Shown here: positions 63,998-64,000 of the stretch, in pieces
Layout of the letters: each line of letters opens with the position of its first letter
Numbering within the stretch: position 1 is the stretch's first letter
From: Eledone cirrhosa
Lineage: Eukaryota
Length of the DNA: 64,000 bases
Reading direction: 5' to 3'
Assembly (NCBI GenBank): GCA_964016885.1
Contig: OZ024759.1
Location: 14,012,001 to 14,076,000 of the forward strand
The notes under the pieces: model-generated
Database searches by the model: none
What the model was told of the DNA's origin: nothing
The model's input: only the letters and a program-made list of their open reading frames with translations
Made by a program: the position numbers and the translations under genes

Positions 63998-64000
63998 ATT

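Overview
AT-rich, microsatellite-dense animal DNA. The repeat landscape (tRNA/CORE SINEs with (GAT)n tails, RTE-type LINEs) suggests a cephalopod such as octopus; this is inference. The window holds most of one + strand gene, casein kinase 1 delta/epsilon. Seven coding exons with GT-AG boundaries lie at 7407-7482, 33294-33404, 45606-45754, 48193-48421, 49081-49251, 49945-50093 and 53837-53978; I could not find the last exon(s) or stop codon. The rest is intron or upstream DNA filled with a young 5'-truncated RTE-like LINE (RT plus PHD finger, 19-bp TSD), older LINE fragments, SINEs, two TTAA-flanked piggyBac-like MITE families, other MITEs, minisatellites and a 1-kb (CA)n tract. Four observations stand out. 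(1) Several type-I hammerhead-ribozyme-like motifs lie in the introns, two with an intact catalytic core on the sense strand (about 10.8 kb and 56.6 kb). (2) Three tandem arrays with different periods (50, 39 and 30 bp) derive from the same MITE terminus. (3) Many long hairpins and inverted repeat pairs would form dsRNA in the pre-mRNA. (4) The kinase has a few unusual substitutions at conserved positions. No database searches or folding programs were run; family names come from recalled motifs.
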